From Mobula hypostoma (taxonomy: Eukaryota): 64,000 nt of DNA. The notes below the pieces were generated by a model. That model had not been told where the DNA came from, did not search any database, and saw only the letters and a program-made list of their open reading frames with translations. Shown in pieces: positions 1-12,203 of this stretch (within the stretch, counting starts at the first letter, position 1; every line of letters begins with the position of its first letter). Where the stretch lies: positions 18,788,001 to 18,852,000 of the forward strand of contig NC_086109.1 of NCBI RefSeq assembly GCF_963921235.1. The letters are read 5' to 3'. Position numbers and translations under genes: made by a program.

Positions 1-203
1 TCATGTTCTCGACATTTACTGTTGATTTACTTATAATTGCATTTGCAGAGTTTGTCGTCTCCTTGCACTCCGGTTGATCTTTCATTGATTTTGTTATAGT
101 TACTATTCTATAGATTAGTTGAGTATGCCCTCAAGAAAATGAATCTCAGGGTTGCATATGGCAACACACATGTACTTTGATAATAAATTTATTTGAACTT
201 TGA
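1..203 (+). mobile_element. 3' UTR/tail of Rex1/Babar-type LINE (fragment)
   Basis: AAGAAAATGAATCTCAGGGTTG...GATAATAAATTTATTTGAACTTTGA tail; the same tail occurs in reverse at 28863-29100 and 48280-48480, where it joins Rex-type 3' sequence. Confidence 0.6.
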
Positions 204-583
204 GGTCGACCAAAGGAAAATACTAACAGGATGCAGAATAGAGTGCTACAGTGACAGTTACAGAGAAGGTACAGCACAGGTAGATAATAAAGTAGATTGT
301 GAGGTCAAGAGGTTCACTCCCGAGTTCTATAACTGTGGGATAGAAGCTGCCCTTGACCCTGGTGGTGTGCATTATCAAGTTTTGCATCTTTTGCCAACAG
401 ATGTTGGGTGGAGGTGTAGAAGAGAAAACACCCAAGTGGGAAGGGTTTTTTGATTATGCAGGCTGCTTTTTCAATACACAGAGAAGTGTAAACAGAGTAA
501 TTGGAGAAGAAGATAGGGCCAGCAGGCAACTGGACCTAGGAGAGGAAGATTTTTTCTTTTGTCCACTTCCACCTATTTTCCAC

Positions 584-1140
584 TGAACACCTCCCGGACC
601 CAGTTTCTTTAGGCTGCGTATGTTTAGGGAGTACCCACTCCGGTCCCGCCAAACCCGTAAGATTGGAACGGTTCTCCCATCCCAAACCCTGGTGTGTGTG
701 GATGCTGTGTAATTTGCTACCCTGTTGCAACTCACTGCCAAGAAATAACAGACAGCACACTGCATATGATAAAGAAGTTATATTTATGAATCTTAACTTA
801 ACCAAGGGGTTACTGAAGAAAAGAAATAAAGAAACAAAAAGGGCCCATTATAATTAAACAGTCAAATGTGCACAAGTTGGAGCTCAAAGGCCTATTCACC
901 AATCCTCAGTTGACTGTGGCATCTTGCTCCATTGAATTATGGTCCCTCACCGGGTCGACCCCCATGACCGGTTCTTTCCAGCATCTTCTCTCTTCATCTC
1001 CCTCTGAACAAAGGATCCAGCTCACACCGGTGTCAGGCACAGAAAAAAAACCCTCTCCCCTGACTGAATGGAGCGATAAGCCAAACATTGCTTCTACAGA
1101 AAGACCATTATGCTAGCAGTGAAACCTTTCCCAGGGTCTC
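584..1140 (-). mobile_element. Solo-LTR-like element, same family as 6092-6823
   Basis: AAACAGTCAAATGTGCACAAGTTGGAGCTCA and GGGCCCATT match the reverse complement of ~6540-6590; similarity continues to the CCAGGG end. Confidence 0.55.
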
Positions 1141-1739
1141 TGTTCCTCCACATCTCCCACCCTCCTCCCAACCTGGCTCAATTTCCCCGTTATCCTTCAC
1201 TGTTTACAGGTCCACTGGATCCAGTCTGGCCATTTGCCTTCTCCTCTAACTATAACACTATTAATTATCAGGTCTTTATCTCGTCGCTGCCTATACATCA
1301 CTGATGTACACAATTAGACCCATTTTCAAACTTTGGAAAGTAACTCCACTTTCTGCCTTGGCTATCTCCTACCTCCATCCTCCCATCCTACTGTGGGTTT
1401 TGACACAATAATTCCACAATTCCTCCTCCCTCAACTTCCCACATTGCTGCCTGTTCACCCGAGTCCCTCTAGAAGGTTATTTATTGTACCATTCTGAAAA
1501 CCCTGAACATTATCTGGCTTTAGCATCAAACGGCATGAAGTCATCGCTCTCTTGAAAAAATACTTATTGTGCTGCTTGGAAATGAGCATAGCAAATGGCA
1601 CAATGTCAAATAATTGGCTGTTTGTGGCTCATTCTTGTCTTTGAATTGCAAGGTTTGTGCTCTGGGTAGATCATTCTTGATAACATAGCGCAGAAGTAAA
1701 CTACATGTCATCATTAAGCAATGTTCCTGCCTGTCCTGC

Positions 1740-1955
1740 TGGTTGAGTATTAAAGTTCCCGGCCAACATTTATCCCTCAAACAACAGTAATGTTTAGTTA
1801 TCAAGTTTTTATCTCACTGATGCCTGTACGGCTTGTTCTGTGCAATTAGGCTGTCATTTTCATACTTCGCAAAGCGCCACTGCTTTGTAAACTCAGCCTG
1901 CTGCCTTGAGATATTCTGAGTTTGTGGAATATGCTTTATGGATCCACTTTCTTTC
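1740..1955 (+). mobile_element. Ancient Deu-domain SINE remnant (SacSINE1/AmnSINE1-like)
   Basis: CCGGCCAACATTTATCCCTCAAACAAC... resembles the Deu core as I recall it; related copies at 25480-25795, 51500-51710 and 56255-56470. Confidence 0.5.
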
Positions 1956-2099
1956 ATTAACTAACAGTGATAATTAATAACGCATATAGACCTTCACGTA
2001 GTTACTAGTGACTGTAGTTGAAATTCTAGCTCCAGAGATGAAAGTTCGGGCAAGATAATACACGATGGTTGGACGATGACAAAAGCATTGTTAGCAGAA

Positions 2100-3090
2100 T
2101 CTCAAATGGTGACAAGCACACATACAGAAGTGAGATAGATAAGCTTGTTGAGGGGTTTTAGAACAACAACCTTGCACTCATTCTCTGTAAGATCAAGGAG
2201 TTGATTGTGGCCTTCAGGACAGTGAAGTAGAGGGAACACACACCTGTCCTCGAAGTGTCAGCAGTGGAAAAGGTGAGCAGTTTTAAGATCCATGGCATCA
2301 TCATCTCTGAAGATCTATCCTGGGCCCAACATATTGACGCCTTTGTTAAGAATGCATGCCAGCAACTATATTTCATCAGGAGTTTGAGATTCAGTTTGTC
2401 ACCAAAACCTCTAGCAAATCTCAATAGGTGTACCATGGAGAGCATTATCACTGGTTGTATCACATCTGGTATGGAGGGACCCTGCACAAGATCAGAAAAA
2501 CCTTTAGAGGGTTGTAAACTCAGCCAGCTCCATCATAGGACTATCCTTTCCAGTACTGATAACATTTTGAAAATGCAATGCCTCAGAAAGATGGCCACCG
2601 CCCAGGACGTTCCCTCTTTTCATTACTCTCATCAAGGAGGTTTAGGAGTCTGAAGACCCCCATTCAGCATTTTAGGAACAGCTTCTACCTCTTCGCCATC
2701 AGATTTCTGAATGGCCCATGAACTCATTAAGACTAGCTCATAGAGATGTACTCCAGTTGGCCGGTGGTGTAGTGGCATCAGCGCTGGACTTGGAGGTGAA
2801 CGGTCCCAGGTTCGAATCTGGCCGGCTCCTTGCACGCTGGGTGCTGGGTTGAGCACCAAGCTACCAACTCAGCCTTGTAAAGAACAGACAAAATGCTGAA
2901 AGAAGCAGCAAGGTTGCCACCCAAAGCACAAGGTGAGGAGAGGAATAACTATATATAGATATACTGTAGACATATAGATAGATAGCTTATCATAATTTAC
3001 TCTTATTTTTACATCTTGCACTGTATTGCTGCTGGAAAGCAAAAAAATATCATGACATATATCAGTGATAATAAACCTGATTCTGACTCC
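2100..3090 (+). mobile_element. Rex1/Babar-type LINE 3' fragment, interrupted by a SINE
   Basis: ORF 2255-2653 SFKIHGIIISEDLSWAQHIDAFVKNACQQLYFIRSL...RCTMESIITGCIT is the typical Rex1 post-RT region; tail GATAATAAACCTGATTCTGACTC near 3070-3090. Confidence 0.75.
2757..2945 (+). mobile_element. tRNA-derived SINE inserted in the Rex fragment
   Basis: A-box-like TGGTGTAGTGG and B-box GGTTCGAATC; no paired anticodon arm; non-tRNA 3' body. Confidence 0.6.
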
Positions 3091-3724
3091 TTTGGAAATG
3101 ATCACTTTTGTTATTCAATCTCAATTTCTGCTATATTTTAAACTTTGGTTATAATATAGATAATGCTGATTGCCAGAAATCATCTCCATGGCAAACAACA
3201 AAGACTTATAGAGACATATCCAAAAGATGTCCCATGAATTTGAATAAGGCAAATACTGTCTATGATTTGTTCAATCCTGTGTCTTTCAAAGTGACTCTCA
3301 ACTCATGCATGAAGTAAATAAAGGCCTTAATTTGGTGTATATTGAAAATTAAACCAGGTATGCTTCATTAAGCTTCATTATAGTGTGATGAATTTCACAT
3401 TTTCAATTTTAATTACCAATTTGCAGCAACCTGCCTTTAAAAGTTAAATGTTTTGTAAGGAACATTTTGCTAACACTTTGTCTTACATTTCCAATTTAAT
3501 GTGGGGAAAAACAAGCTAGAATGTTACATTTTTGTTGTCTGCTTAACTATTCTGCCTACAACGTTGAGTTGCTACTAATACATTTATTTATAAATTTAAA
3601 ACTTTACCAATTCTAAATTTAATTATGTATGGGGTATAATTTTCTTGCTGTCAATGTCTTCATGCGTTGATAGTTGCCCTGTTGAAATCGTTGCATAATG
3701 CTGGGTGATCTTTCGGCTGTGGTA

Positions 3725-5020
3725 CACACTGATGTGGCCACTTCAGAGGTACATCCTGCAACTCATAAAGTGGCCACTGAGTGCATCATCATGATCTTCT
3801 GCTACTGTAGCCCATCCACTTCAAACTTCCACATATTATGCACTCAGGGATGGTTTTTTTGCACACCACTGTTGTAACGTATGGTGATTTGAGTTACTGT
3901 AGCCTTCCTGTTGGCTTGAGCAGTCTGACCATTCACCTCTGACCTCTCTCGCTAACAAAGCCATTTCGCCCAAAGAACTGCCAAACACTGGACGTATTCT
4001 GAGTTCTGCACCTTTCTCTGTAAAATCTAGAAGCTGTTGTGTGTGGAAATCCCAGGAGATCAGCAGTTTCTGAAATACTCAAATCACCCTGTCTAGCACC
4101 AATAGTCATTCCACAATCAAAGTCATTTAAGGCTGATTTATACTTGTGCGTACCAGCTTATGCTGTAGCCTACGCAAGTGGACTACGCCGTTGTGAGCAT
4201 TTATACTTGTGTGTTGGTGTGTCTGTGTCACTCTGCAATTCACCACCAAAACGCTAGTTGGCGGTGGGGTTTCTATGCCACTGTGTTGAGTTTCTTAGAA
4301 ACTCAAACTTCAAACGATGGTGACTGAAACTGAAGGAGGGTGAATTTTCTGTGCTTGTCCGGCCACTGAGAGACATGGACGGGGAAATGCATTTCAAATT
4401 TTTTCGGATGTCAGCAGGTAGATTTGACGATTTGGTTCATCGTCTCCAACCATTTATTTCACATCAGTGTACGCATGGTATACTCAGAGACTGGCAATCA
4501 CCATTCGAGTTTTAGCTTCAGGTGGAAGTCAACAGGCTGTAGCAGTTAGCTACAAACTGGCGTCAAGCACAGGGTCCTCCATAATTTCGGAGGTTTGTAA
4601 AGCTTTATGGAAAGCATTGCAGCCAGAGTTCCTTCCCTGCCCTTCAGTCGCCCAATGGGAAGTATTGCAGCGTAGGAGAAAATGCGATGCTACCAAGCAG
4701 ACCAATCGCAGTTGTTTCGGGCTGCGTCGCTGCGATGCGTAGTTACATTGTGGGAGAGGTGTGCGTTAGGCTATGACGTAGGGTACAGCTTAGGGTACGC
4801 GGCTGTGCCGTACCTACGGCATACATTTGACGCACAAGTATAAATCAGCCTTTAGATTGCATTTCTTCCCCATTCTGATGTTTGGTCTGAACAACAGCAG
4901 AACCTCTTGACCATGTCAGCATGTTTTTATGTATTGAGACGCTGCTATGTGATTGGCTGATTAGATACTTGCCTTAATGTGCAGGTGTACAGATGTACTT
5001 AATAATGTGGCTACTGATTG
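3725..5020 (-). mobile_element. Non-autonomous Tc1/mariner element (family A), host of a Harbinger insertion
   Basis: Degenerate TIRs related to CACTCAGTGGCCACTTTATT; body collinear with 7754-8275 once 4130-4851 is removed; TA at the right end. Confidence 0.75.
4130..4851 (+). mobile_element. PIF/Harbinger internally deleted DNA transposon
   Basis: Perfect 22-bp TIR AGGCTGATTTATACTTGTGCGT (4130-4151 / 4830-4851); TTA TSD at 4127-4129 and 4852-4854; HARBI1-like transposase remnant FFRMS...[42 protein letters not shown]. Confidence 0.92.
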
Positions 5021-6091
5021 TATTGATTAGATTTTAACACAATATTTTTTGTTTCATTTCAACAGCTTGCTGATCTTTTCAGAGAGCCCTTAAAAGTCAG
5101 TGATTTTGTTGCGCATGTAGATTCACACACAGCCCAGATCAATGGCTGGCACTCAAAGACATTAGTAAATCTATTTCTTCACAACGATCAGGTAGATTTG
5201 TGGGCAGAATTATTTAAAAAAATAATTTATATTCTCCAGGTGCAACGATGAGATTTGAACTCATTTCTGGATAACTTATCGAGTTTTCTGAATAATAGTT
5301 CCTATATTTACTATACCAGGTCTCTTTAATGAGAAAAAAATAACATTTATTTTTAGGTATTTATTTTGATTCTTATCAATCTGAATTTTCAGAACTGCAT
5401 AAAATTGGATACAGCCAACTTATCAGCAACAGTGCACCATTTAGGACTTTACATAATCAGCCGTCAAATGCATAAATCAATAAATTATGAATCATTTCCT
5501 ATTTCACTGATTTGAAACATTTTGACTTTGTCCTAAATCTCCAAGTCTTGCTTATATATCCATAAGCTTACAAATTAATGTGCCAATAGTAGTGACCAAA
5601 TTCAGAATCAAAAGTTGGAAACAAATGGAATTTTCTGATCTCTTTCCTGGCAACTATTTCTCTTTACTCCTGAGGTGATGCCTTGAGATTGACAATGAGT
5701 TCTTTCACTCTCGGTCTGTGGCTGATGAAATAACAGATGAAGCCTAGGTAGGAACTGTAGATTTTGTCCTGACGGAGCAGGAGATGCCCTATGAAATGGG
5801 AAAGTATGTAATTTGTGAGACTGTGTGACCATTTGTCCTTTTATGCTGAGTTTCTGCAAGGCCCTGATGTAATTGGTGACTTGAGGTTTTCAGTGTCATA
5901 TCAGATGCTCCTTCTCTGTTATGAGTGGTCATGGGTCAATAGTTTCCAAGAGTCAGCAGAAATATTGTATAAATTCAAAGAAGTTTTGAGTTGTTCCTTG
6001 TATAATTTAGTTTGTACATCTGGTATTCATTTCCTCTAATAAAATTTATATGTCTCACAGGGCTTGCAAACAAAAGCCCAGCCTACCACAG

Positions 6092-6823
6092 TGTAATGCC
6101 CTGGTTCATATTTTTCACATTTATGCTGTACTGTATTTCATTTATGCTGTTCAGTGCAAGCTACTTGTTTGGGTTACTGTTGAAGATAAGAGAATTGTGT
6201 GCCATCCAATTAGGATGGCTGGATTAAGGGGTGGGTTCTCTGGTGAGGGATCCTAAGGTTGGGCTTGAGGTTTTTGTTAAGGAGATGAAGAGAGAAGACA
6301 CGGGAGAGAAGAGGTCGTAGGATTCGACCCGGAGTGGGACCATGATTCAATGAAGCCCGGGGCAGATTGAAGGAGGCAGGTCCTGGACCGGGATGGAGCT
6401 CAGAAAAATAGAGGGCTATGGGTAACCCTAGGTCATTTCTATGGTAAGGACATATTTGGCACAGCTTTGTGGGCTGAACGGTCTGTATTGTGCTGTAGGT
6501 TTTCTATGTTTCTATGAGAATCGGCGAAGGGGAAACGCTGAGGTCCAACTTGTGCACATTAGACTGTTTCATTAAAATGGGCCCTTTTCTTGTTTTGCTC
6601 TTTCTTTACTAACCATTCAGTCAAATTAATAATTATAAAGCTAAATCTTTTAATTGTCTGTTAGTTCGTGGCACTTATTTGTAACAGGGTAACGAATCAT
6701 GCAGCACCTACACCAACAGGGGGTTTGGGGGGATGGTGGGCCCGTGCCTCTATCTCACACATTTGGCGGGGCCGGAGATTGTCCTTCCTAGACTTACACA
6801 GCTGATGGAACCATAGTGTTTCA
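6092..6823 (+). mobile_element. Solo-LTR-like element containing a CR1 3' end (~6358-6515)
   Basis: TG...CA termini (TGTAATGCCC...GTTTCA); flanks ACAG/ACTG match 3 of 4; second copy at 584-1140; inserted piece ends in (TTTCTATG)n. Confidence 0.6.
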
Positions 6824-6864
6824 ACTGTATAATTAGTATTTAAATTTTAACAAGTTTTTTTATA

Positions 6865-7177
6865 ATAGAAACATAGGAACATAGAAAACCTACAGCCCAA
6901 TACAGGCCCTTCGGCCCACAGAGTTGTTCCGAACATATCCCTACCTTAGAAATTACTAGGCTTACCTGTAGCCCTCTATTTTTCTGAGCTCCATGTACCT
7001 ATCTCAAAGTCTCTTAAAAGACCTAATCGTATCCACCTCCACCACCGTTGCCGGCAGCCCATTCCACGCACTCACCACTCTCTGAGTAAAAAACTTACCC
7101 CTGACATCTCCTCTGTACCTACTCCCCAGCATCTTAAACCTGTGTCGTCCTGTGGCAACCATTTCAGTCCTGGGAAT
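6865..7177 (-). mobile_element. CR1 LINE 3' fragment
   Basis: (CATAGAAA)n tail; close similarity to 11071-11390. Confidence 0.85.
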
Positions 7178-7239
7178 AATAGCAACTCTGATACTCTCTG
7201 CTCAGCTATTGCCACTGAATCCTTGTTGAGCAAAGCCAA

Positions 7240-7580
7240 ATTGAGTTTATTGACATACACACAAGTACACATATGCACTGGTGCAATGAAAAACGTACTT
7301 ACAGCAGCATCACAGGCACATGGCATTGGATACACAACATTCACAAGAAATACACAAATTTTATGAAAACATATTAGAAAGAGAACTAGTACGACAAAAA
7401 ACATCCCTTGTACTGAAAAGTAATCGAAGTGTTCATGATGTTCCTATACTGAGGTGGTGATTGGAGTTGTGCAGGTTAGCTCCAGAAATGATGTGGGAAG
7501 TGACTGTTCCTGAACGTGGTGGTGCAGGACTTCAGGCTTCTGTACCTCCTGCCCGATGGCAGTTGCAAGAAGGTGGCAAT
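7240..7580 (-). mobile_element. Rex1/Babar-type 3' fragment
   Basis: TGTTCCTGAACGTGGTGGTGCAGGACTTCAGGCTTCTGTACCTCCTGCCCGATGG shared with 29225-29280 and 48570-48625. Confidence 0.6.
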
Positions 7581-7753
7581 GGAAACCTGTGCTGTCAGCA
7601 TCCAGTTGCCCAGTTCTCTGTGTGCTGAGAAGGTGGACGGCCGCGATGACCCGACATCCGAGAGAGGGCTCTTACCCCCTCAGCTTGTTCCACGTTCAGA
7701 AGTTTGCTTGATTTGATGCCTTGCCTTAGCTCAGATGGAGATTGACGAAAGTA

Positions 7754-8275
7754 CACTAGGTGGCCACTTTACTAAGTACAGGAGGTACCTAATAAAGTGG
7801 CCGTGGAGCGTATGTTTGTGGTGTTCTGCTGCTGTAGCCCACCCACTTCAAGGTTAGACATCTTGTGTGTCCAGAGACGCTTTTCAGTACACCATTGTGA
7901 CGTGTGGTTATTTGAGTTCCTGCCACATTTCTGTCATTTTGAACCAGTCTGTCCATTCTCCTCTGAACTCTGTCACTAACCAGGCATTTCACTCACAGAA
8001 CTGCCTCTCACTGGATGCTTTTTGTTTCACGCACCATTCTCTGTAGACTCTGGAGACTGTGGTGTGAAAAGATCCCAGGGGAACAAACCACCCTGTCTGG
8101 CGCCAACAATCATTCCACAGTCACTCAGATCACAGTTCTTCCCCATACTGACATTTAGTCAGAACAACAACTGAACCTTTTGACCACGTCTACATGCTTT
8201 TATGCATTGAGTTTCTGCCATGTGATTAGCAACAATCAGGTGTGCAGGTGTAACTAAAAAAGTGGCCACTCAGTG
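7754..8275 (-). mobile_element. Non-autonomous Tc1/mariner element (family A)
   Basis: TIR-like GTGGCCACTTT at both ends; minus-strand remnant RRMDRLVQNDRNVAGTQITTRHN...TLKWVGYSSRTP resembles the Tc1 HTH region. Confidence 0.8.
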
Positions 8276-8589
8276 GAGTTTCTCTCAAATCTTTGAAGAG
8301 GGAGGAGGAATCAACATTTATTGATGGTTTATCAAAGTTGCATGGTACCAGGCCTAATTATAGCTGGCAAGCTTGCTCATAATTACTGCAACATTACACT
8401 TGCCAGATGACCTGGAAGCTGAAAGATAAATGCTGAGTAACAAGAAGGATTTGGCTGCCACACTGTGACACCAAGAAAAAAGCCACAGCAGGCATATCCT
8501 TAGCATTGCTCTAGGAGTCTTCTGAATGTAGATTCCTGCCAACACGATCCACCAGACACAAAATCAGAAGACTGCTTTCCCTTGAACTT

Positions 8590-9600
8590 CAAAGGCTGAG
8601 GGACAACCTGATCGAAGTATGTAAAATTAAGAATTGTAGATATGCTAAATAGTCCAAGTCTTTCTGCCCGCTGGATATGTTAGGTAGTAGTGGGCATAGC
8701 TGTAAAGGTGGTGGGTGGGGAGTTGGGGAAGGTTTAAAAGAGATTTACTAGGCAAGTATTTTAACTCAGACACTGCTAGGTGTCTGAAACGTGCTGCCAG
8801 GGGAGGTGGTAGAAGTAGATACAATACTAACGTTGATATAAGGGCGATGGTGGAGGCAAATACGATGGGGGCATTTAAGAGACTCTTAGCCGGGCACATG
8901 AATATCAGAGAATGGAGGGATATGGGCATTATGTAGGCAGTAGGAATTTGTTTATTCAGGCTTTTAATTACAGGTTTATTATTTTAACATCAGGGGTCAA
9001 AAGGCCTGTTCCTGTGCTGTAATAGCCTTTTTCTTTGTTCTCTGGTAGAACATAGAACAGTGAAGCACAGTACAGGGCCATTGGACAACAGATGTGTCGA
9101 CACTTTAAGATCAATCTAACCCTTCCCTCCCACATAGCCCTCCATTTAGCTGCTGTGTATTTATTCTTTCAGTAGTATTTGAGTAATCTTGTATATACGT
9201 TGGCTGATTAAGCCCTCTTGTTGTTTAAATAATTCAACACGGCTTATATGTACATGAGTTGCAAGCATCATCACGCTGCCGTGTGATACGCGCGTGCCTT
9301 GCTTGAAGCAAATACGAAGGTAGACTCACATTTTGGACTTCTGTGTCTTCCTATGAATTAGTTCAATGTTTTGAAGTTACAAACCGTATCTTCTTTCATC
9401 AAGATGCCTATCTAAGAATTTCTTAAATGACTCTAATATATCTGTCTCTACCCTGGCAAAGCATTCCAAGTACCTACTATTCTCTGTGTAAAAAAAATCT
9501 ACCTCTGCCATCCCCCCTTTCTTTCCTCCAATCACCGTAAAGTTATGCCCCTCAATTCGGCCCTGAGGAAATGTCTTTGACTGTTCACTCGGTTGTTTTA
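8590..9600. mobile_element. Tail-to-tail CR1 3' fragments (+ 8590-9045; - 9045-9600), the second interrupted at 9151-9390
   Basis: CR1 ORF2 C-terminal motif MVEANTMGAFKRLL and 3' UTR GGCCTGTTCCTGTGCTGT. Confidence 0.7.
9151..9390 (+). mobile_element. Short solo-LTR-like repeat, same family as 26694-27033
   Basis: Collinear with 26694-27033 (TGTATTT...CAGTAGTATTTGAGTAATCTTG...GTTTTGAAGTTACAAA). Confidence 0.5.
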
Positions 9601-10019
9601 TTTTAGAGGTATTTAAATAGACACATGAACAAACAAGGAGTTATAAGTAGCCACCTACTCCTTGTATCTCAACATATCCAGCAGACATTACCAATATCCC
9701 ATCTAAAAAGTGGGACATCTGACATTGCAGTACAGCATGTTAACTCTCTGAAATGAGTCTTGAATCTCTGATTTCACTACAACAATATCTTTTGTGGATT
9801 CAGCCTCGCCTATTAAATCTTCAGCGTTCACGTACAGGATGGTGAGCCCCTGCATCCCATGAAGAAAATTTGCCAAGTGTTCAATCTCCTAATCATTTGC
9901 ACCTATCTGAGATTAAGTGTAAATTCCCTTCTGTGATTTAATGCAGTAACACAAGAAACCTCAATGTAAGGTGAAGTGGTGTTGAGTATAAAATGGGCAG
10001 GATAACAGCTGCATTGAGA

Positions 10020-10322
10020 CAATAGAACCACAAGACGTAGGAGCAGAATTAGGCCATTCAGCCCATTGAGTTGGATCCATCATTTCATCATGGCTGATCC
10101 ATTTCCCTCTCAACCCCATTCTCCTGCCTTCTCCCCATAACCTTCCACACACTGGCTAATCAAGAACCTTTCTTAAATACACCCAATGATCTGGCCTCCA
10201 CCGCCACCCGTGGCAACAAATTCCATAGATTTGCCACCCTCTGGCTAAATAAATTCCTCCTCACTTCCGTGCTAAATGGACATCCCTCTATCCCGGGGCT
10301 GTGCCCTCTGGTTCTAGATCTA
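10020..10322 (-). mobile_element. CR1 LINE 3' fragment
   Basis: GGAGCAGAATTAGGCCATTCAGCCC 3' UTR shared with 14245, 27435, 36706 and 56965. Confidence 0.8.
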
Positions 10323-10911
10323 GAGAACGGGAGCAATAATTTATTGTCAATGGAATGACCACTGCACTAAAATAGAACAGATGTAATTAGGTCCCTCAGA
10401 AAAAAAGATCTTTAAGCAGTCAGTTCTAACTTGTCTGGCTGCTCCTTATAATGGAAATGCCTCTTTCTCTAATAATGCCTTGGTAACCTTTGAAAATGCT
10501 ATGGCCTTTACTTCTTTCCATTAAGCCTTGTAACCGGTGCTTTTCATAATACTCCAGCTGAGGCTCAACTTATGACGCATAAACTCAAAGCAAAGGTATT
10601 AGATTTCATGCATCTATTTATGAAGAAATAACTCATATGCCTTCTTTGCCACCTTATTAATAGGCTCTACATGTTCTAAGGATTTGGACATTTAGATGCA
10701 ATCTCTTTTTGTTCAACTGCACTTTCCAAATTTGGGCAATCCGTTTCCTTTCTAACCATCTCATGGTGTCCTCCACATTGAATACCATTTGTGGTTTGTT
10801 TATCTTTTGGCCCATCCGGTGTCATCTCAGCCTACAATAATCCCCATCCCTATCTGTTATGTTGCTTATCAGATGCATTGTAGGATCGCCCTTTAAATAA
10901 ATAAAAAGAGC

Positions 10912-12203
10912 CAAACACGCAAATCGTTGGAGGAAGTCAGCAAGTCAGGCAGCATCTATGGAGGAGTAAACTGTCTACAATCTGGGCTGCGTCCCTTCAT
11001 CAGACAAAACATCGACCTTTTATTCCTCTCCATAGAAGCTGTTTGACATGTTGAGTTCCTCCAGCATTTTAGAAACATAGAAACATAGAAAACCTACAAC
11101 ACAATCCATGCCCTTCGGCCCACAATGCTGTGCTGAACATGTACTTACTTTAGAAATTACCTAGGGTTACCCATAGCTCTCTATTTCTCTAAGCTCCATG
11201 TACCTATTCAGGAGTCTTTTAAAAGACCTTATGGTATCTGCCTCCACCACAGTCGCAGGCAGCCCATTCCATGAACTCACCACTCTCTGTGTAAAAAACT
11301 TACCCCTGACATCTCCTCGGTACCTACTTCCAAGCACGAAAAAACTGTGCCCTCTTATGCTAGCCATTTCAGCCCTGGGAAACAGCCTCTGACTATCTGC
11401 ACGATCATCACCTTATACACCTCTATCAGGTCACCTCTCATCTTCCGTCGCTTCAAGGAGAAAAGGCCGAGTTCACTCAACCTATTCTCGTAAAAAATGC
11501 TCCCTAATCCAGGAAACATCCTTGTAAATCTCCTCTGTACCCTTTCTATAGTTTCCACATCCTTCCTGTAGTGAGGAGACAAAACTGAACACAGTACTCC
11601 AAGTGGGGTCTGACTGGGGTCCTATATGGCTGTAACATTACCTCTTAGCTCTTGAACTCTATCCCATGGTTGATGAAGGCCAATGCACCGTATGCCTTCT
11701 TAACCACAGTCAACCTGCACAGCAGCTTTGAGTGTCCTATGGACTTGGACCCCAAGATCCCTCTGATCTTCCCCATTGCCAAGAGTATTACCATTAATGC
11801 TATATTCTGCCATCATATTTTACCTACCAAAATGAGCCACCTCACACTTAACTGGGTATTTTGTCTGTATTGCTCTGGATTTCCAGCATCTGCAGAATCT
11901 TTTGAGGTTAGACAAACTCGGGATGAAGGGGCTCAGTCTGAGGTGTCAACTATTTATTTCTCTCCACAGACCCTGCACGAACTGCTGAGTTCCTCCACAT
12001 TTTTGACTTTTGAAATTAAGATACAATATGGAATAGGCCCTTCCAGCCCTTTGAGCCGTGCCGCCCAGCAATCTTCCAATTAGTTTGAGCCTAATCACAG
12101 GACAATGTACAATGACTAATTAATCTACCAACCAGTACATTTTTGGATGCATTTTGTGTGTGTTGCTCAGGATTTCCAGCACTTGCAAAATCTCTAGTGT
12201 TTG
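10912..12203. mobile_element. Penelope-derived fold-back repeats interrupted by a CR1 and a SINE piece
   Basis: GGAGGAAGTCAGC...GGCAGCATCTATGGA and its inverse GAGTTCCTCCAGCATTTT; degenerate hammerhead cores at ~10975-11005 (-) and ~11920-11952 (+). Confidence 0.65.
11071..11857 (-). mobile_element. CR1 LINE 3' fragment with ATTTT duplication
   Basis: SPHYRKDVETIERVQRRFTRM...KFFTQRVV; (CATAGAAA)n tail; ATTTT at 11066-11070 and 11858-11862. Confidence 0.9.

Noticed and set aside
2759..2830. Possible tRNA gene
   Set aside because: A and B boxes are present, but the anticodon arm does not pair and it continues into a SINE body
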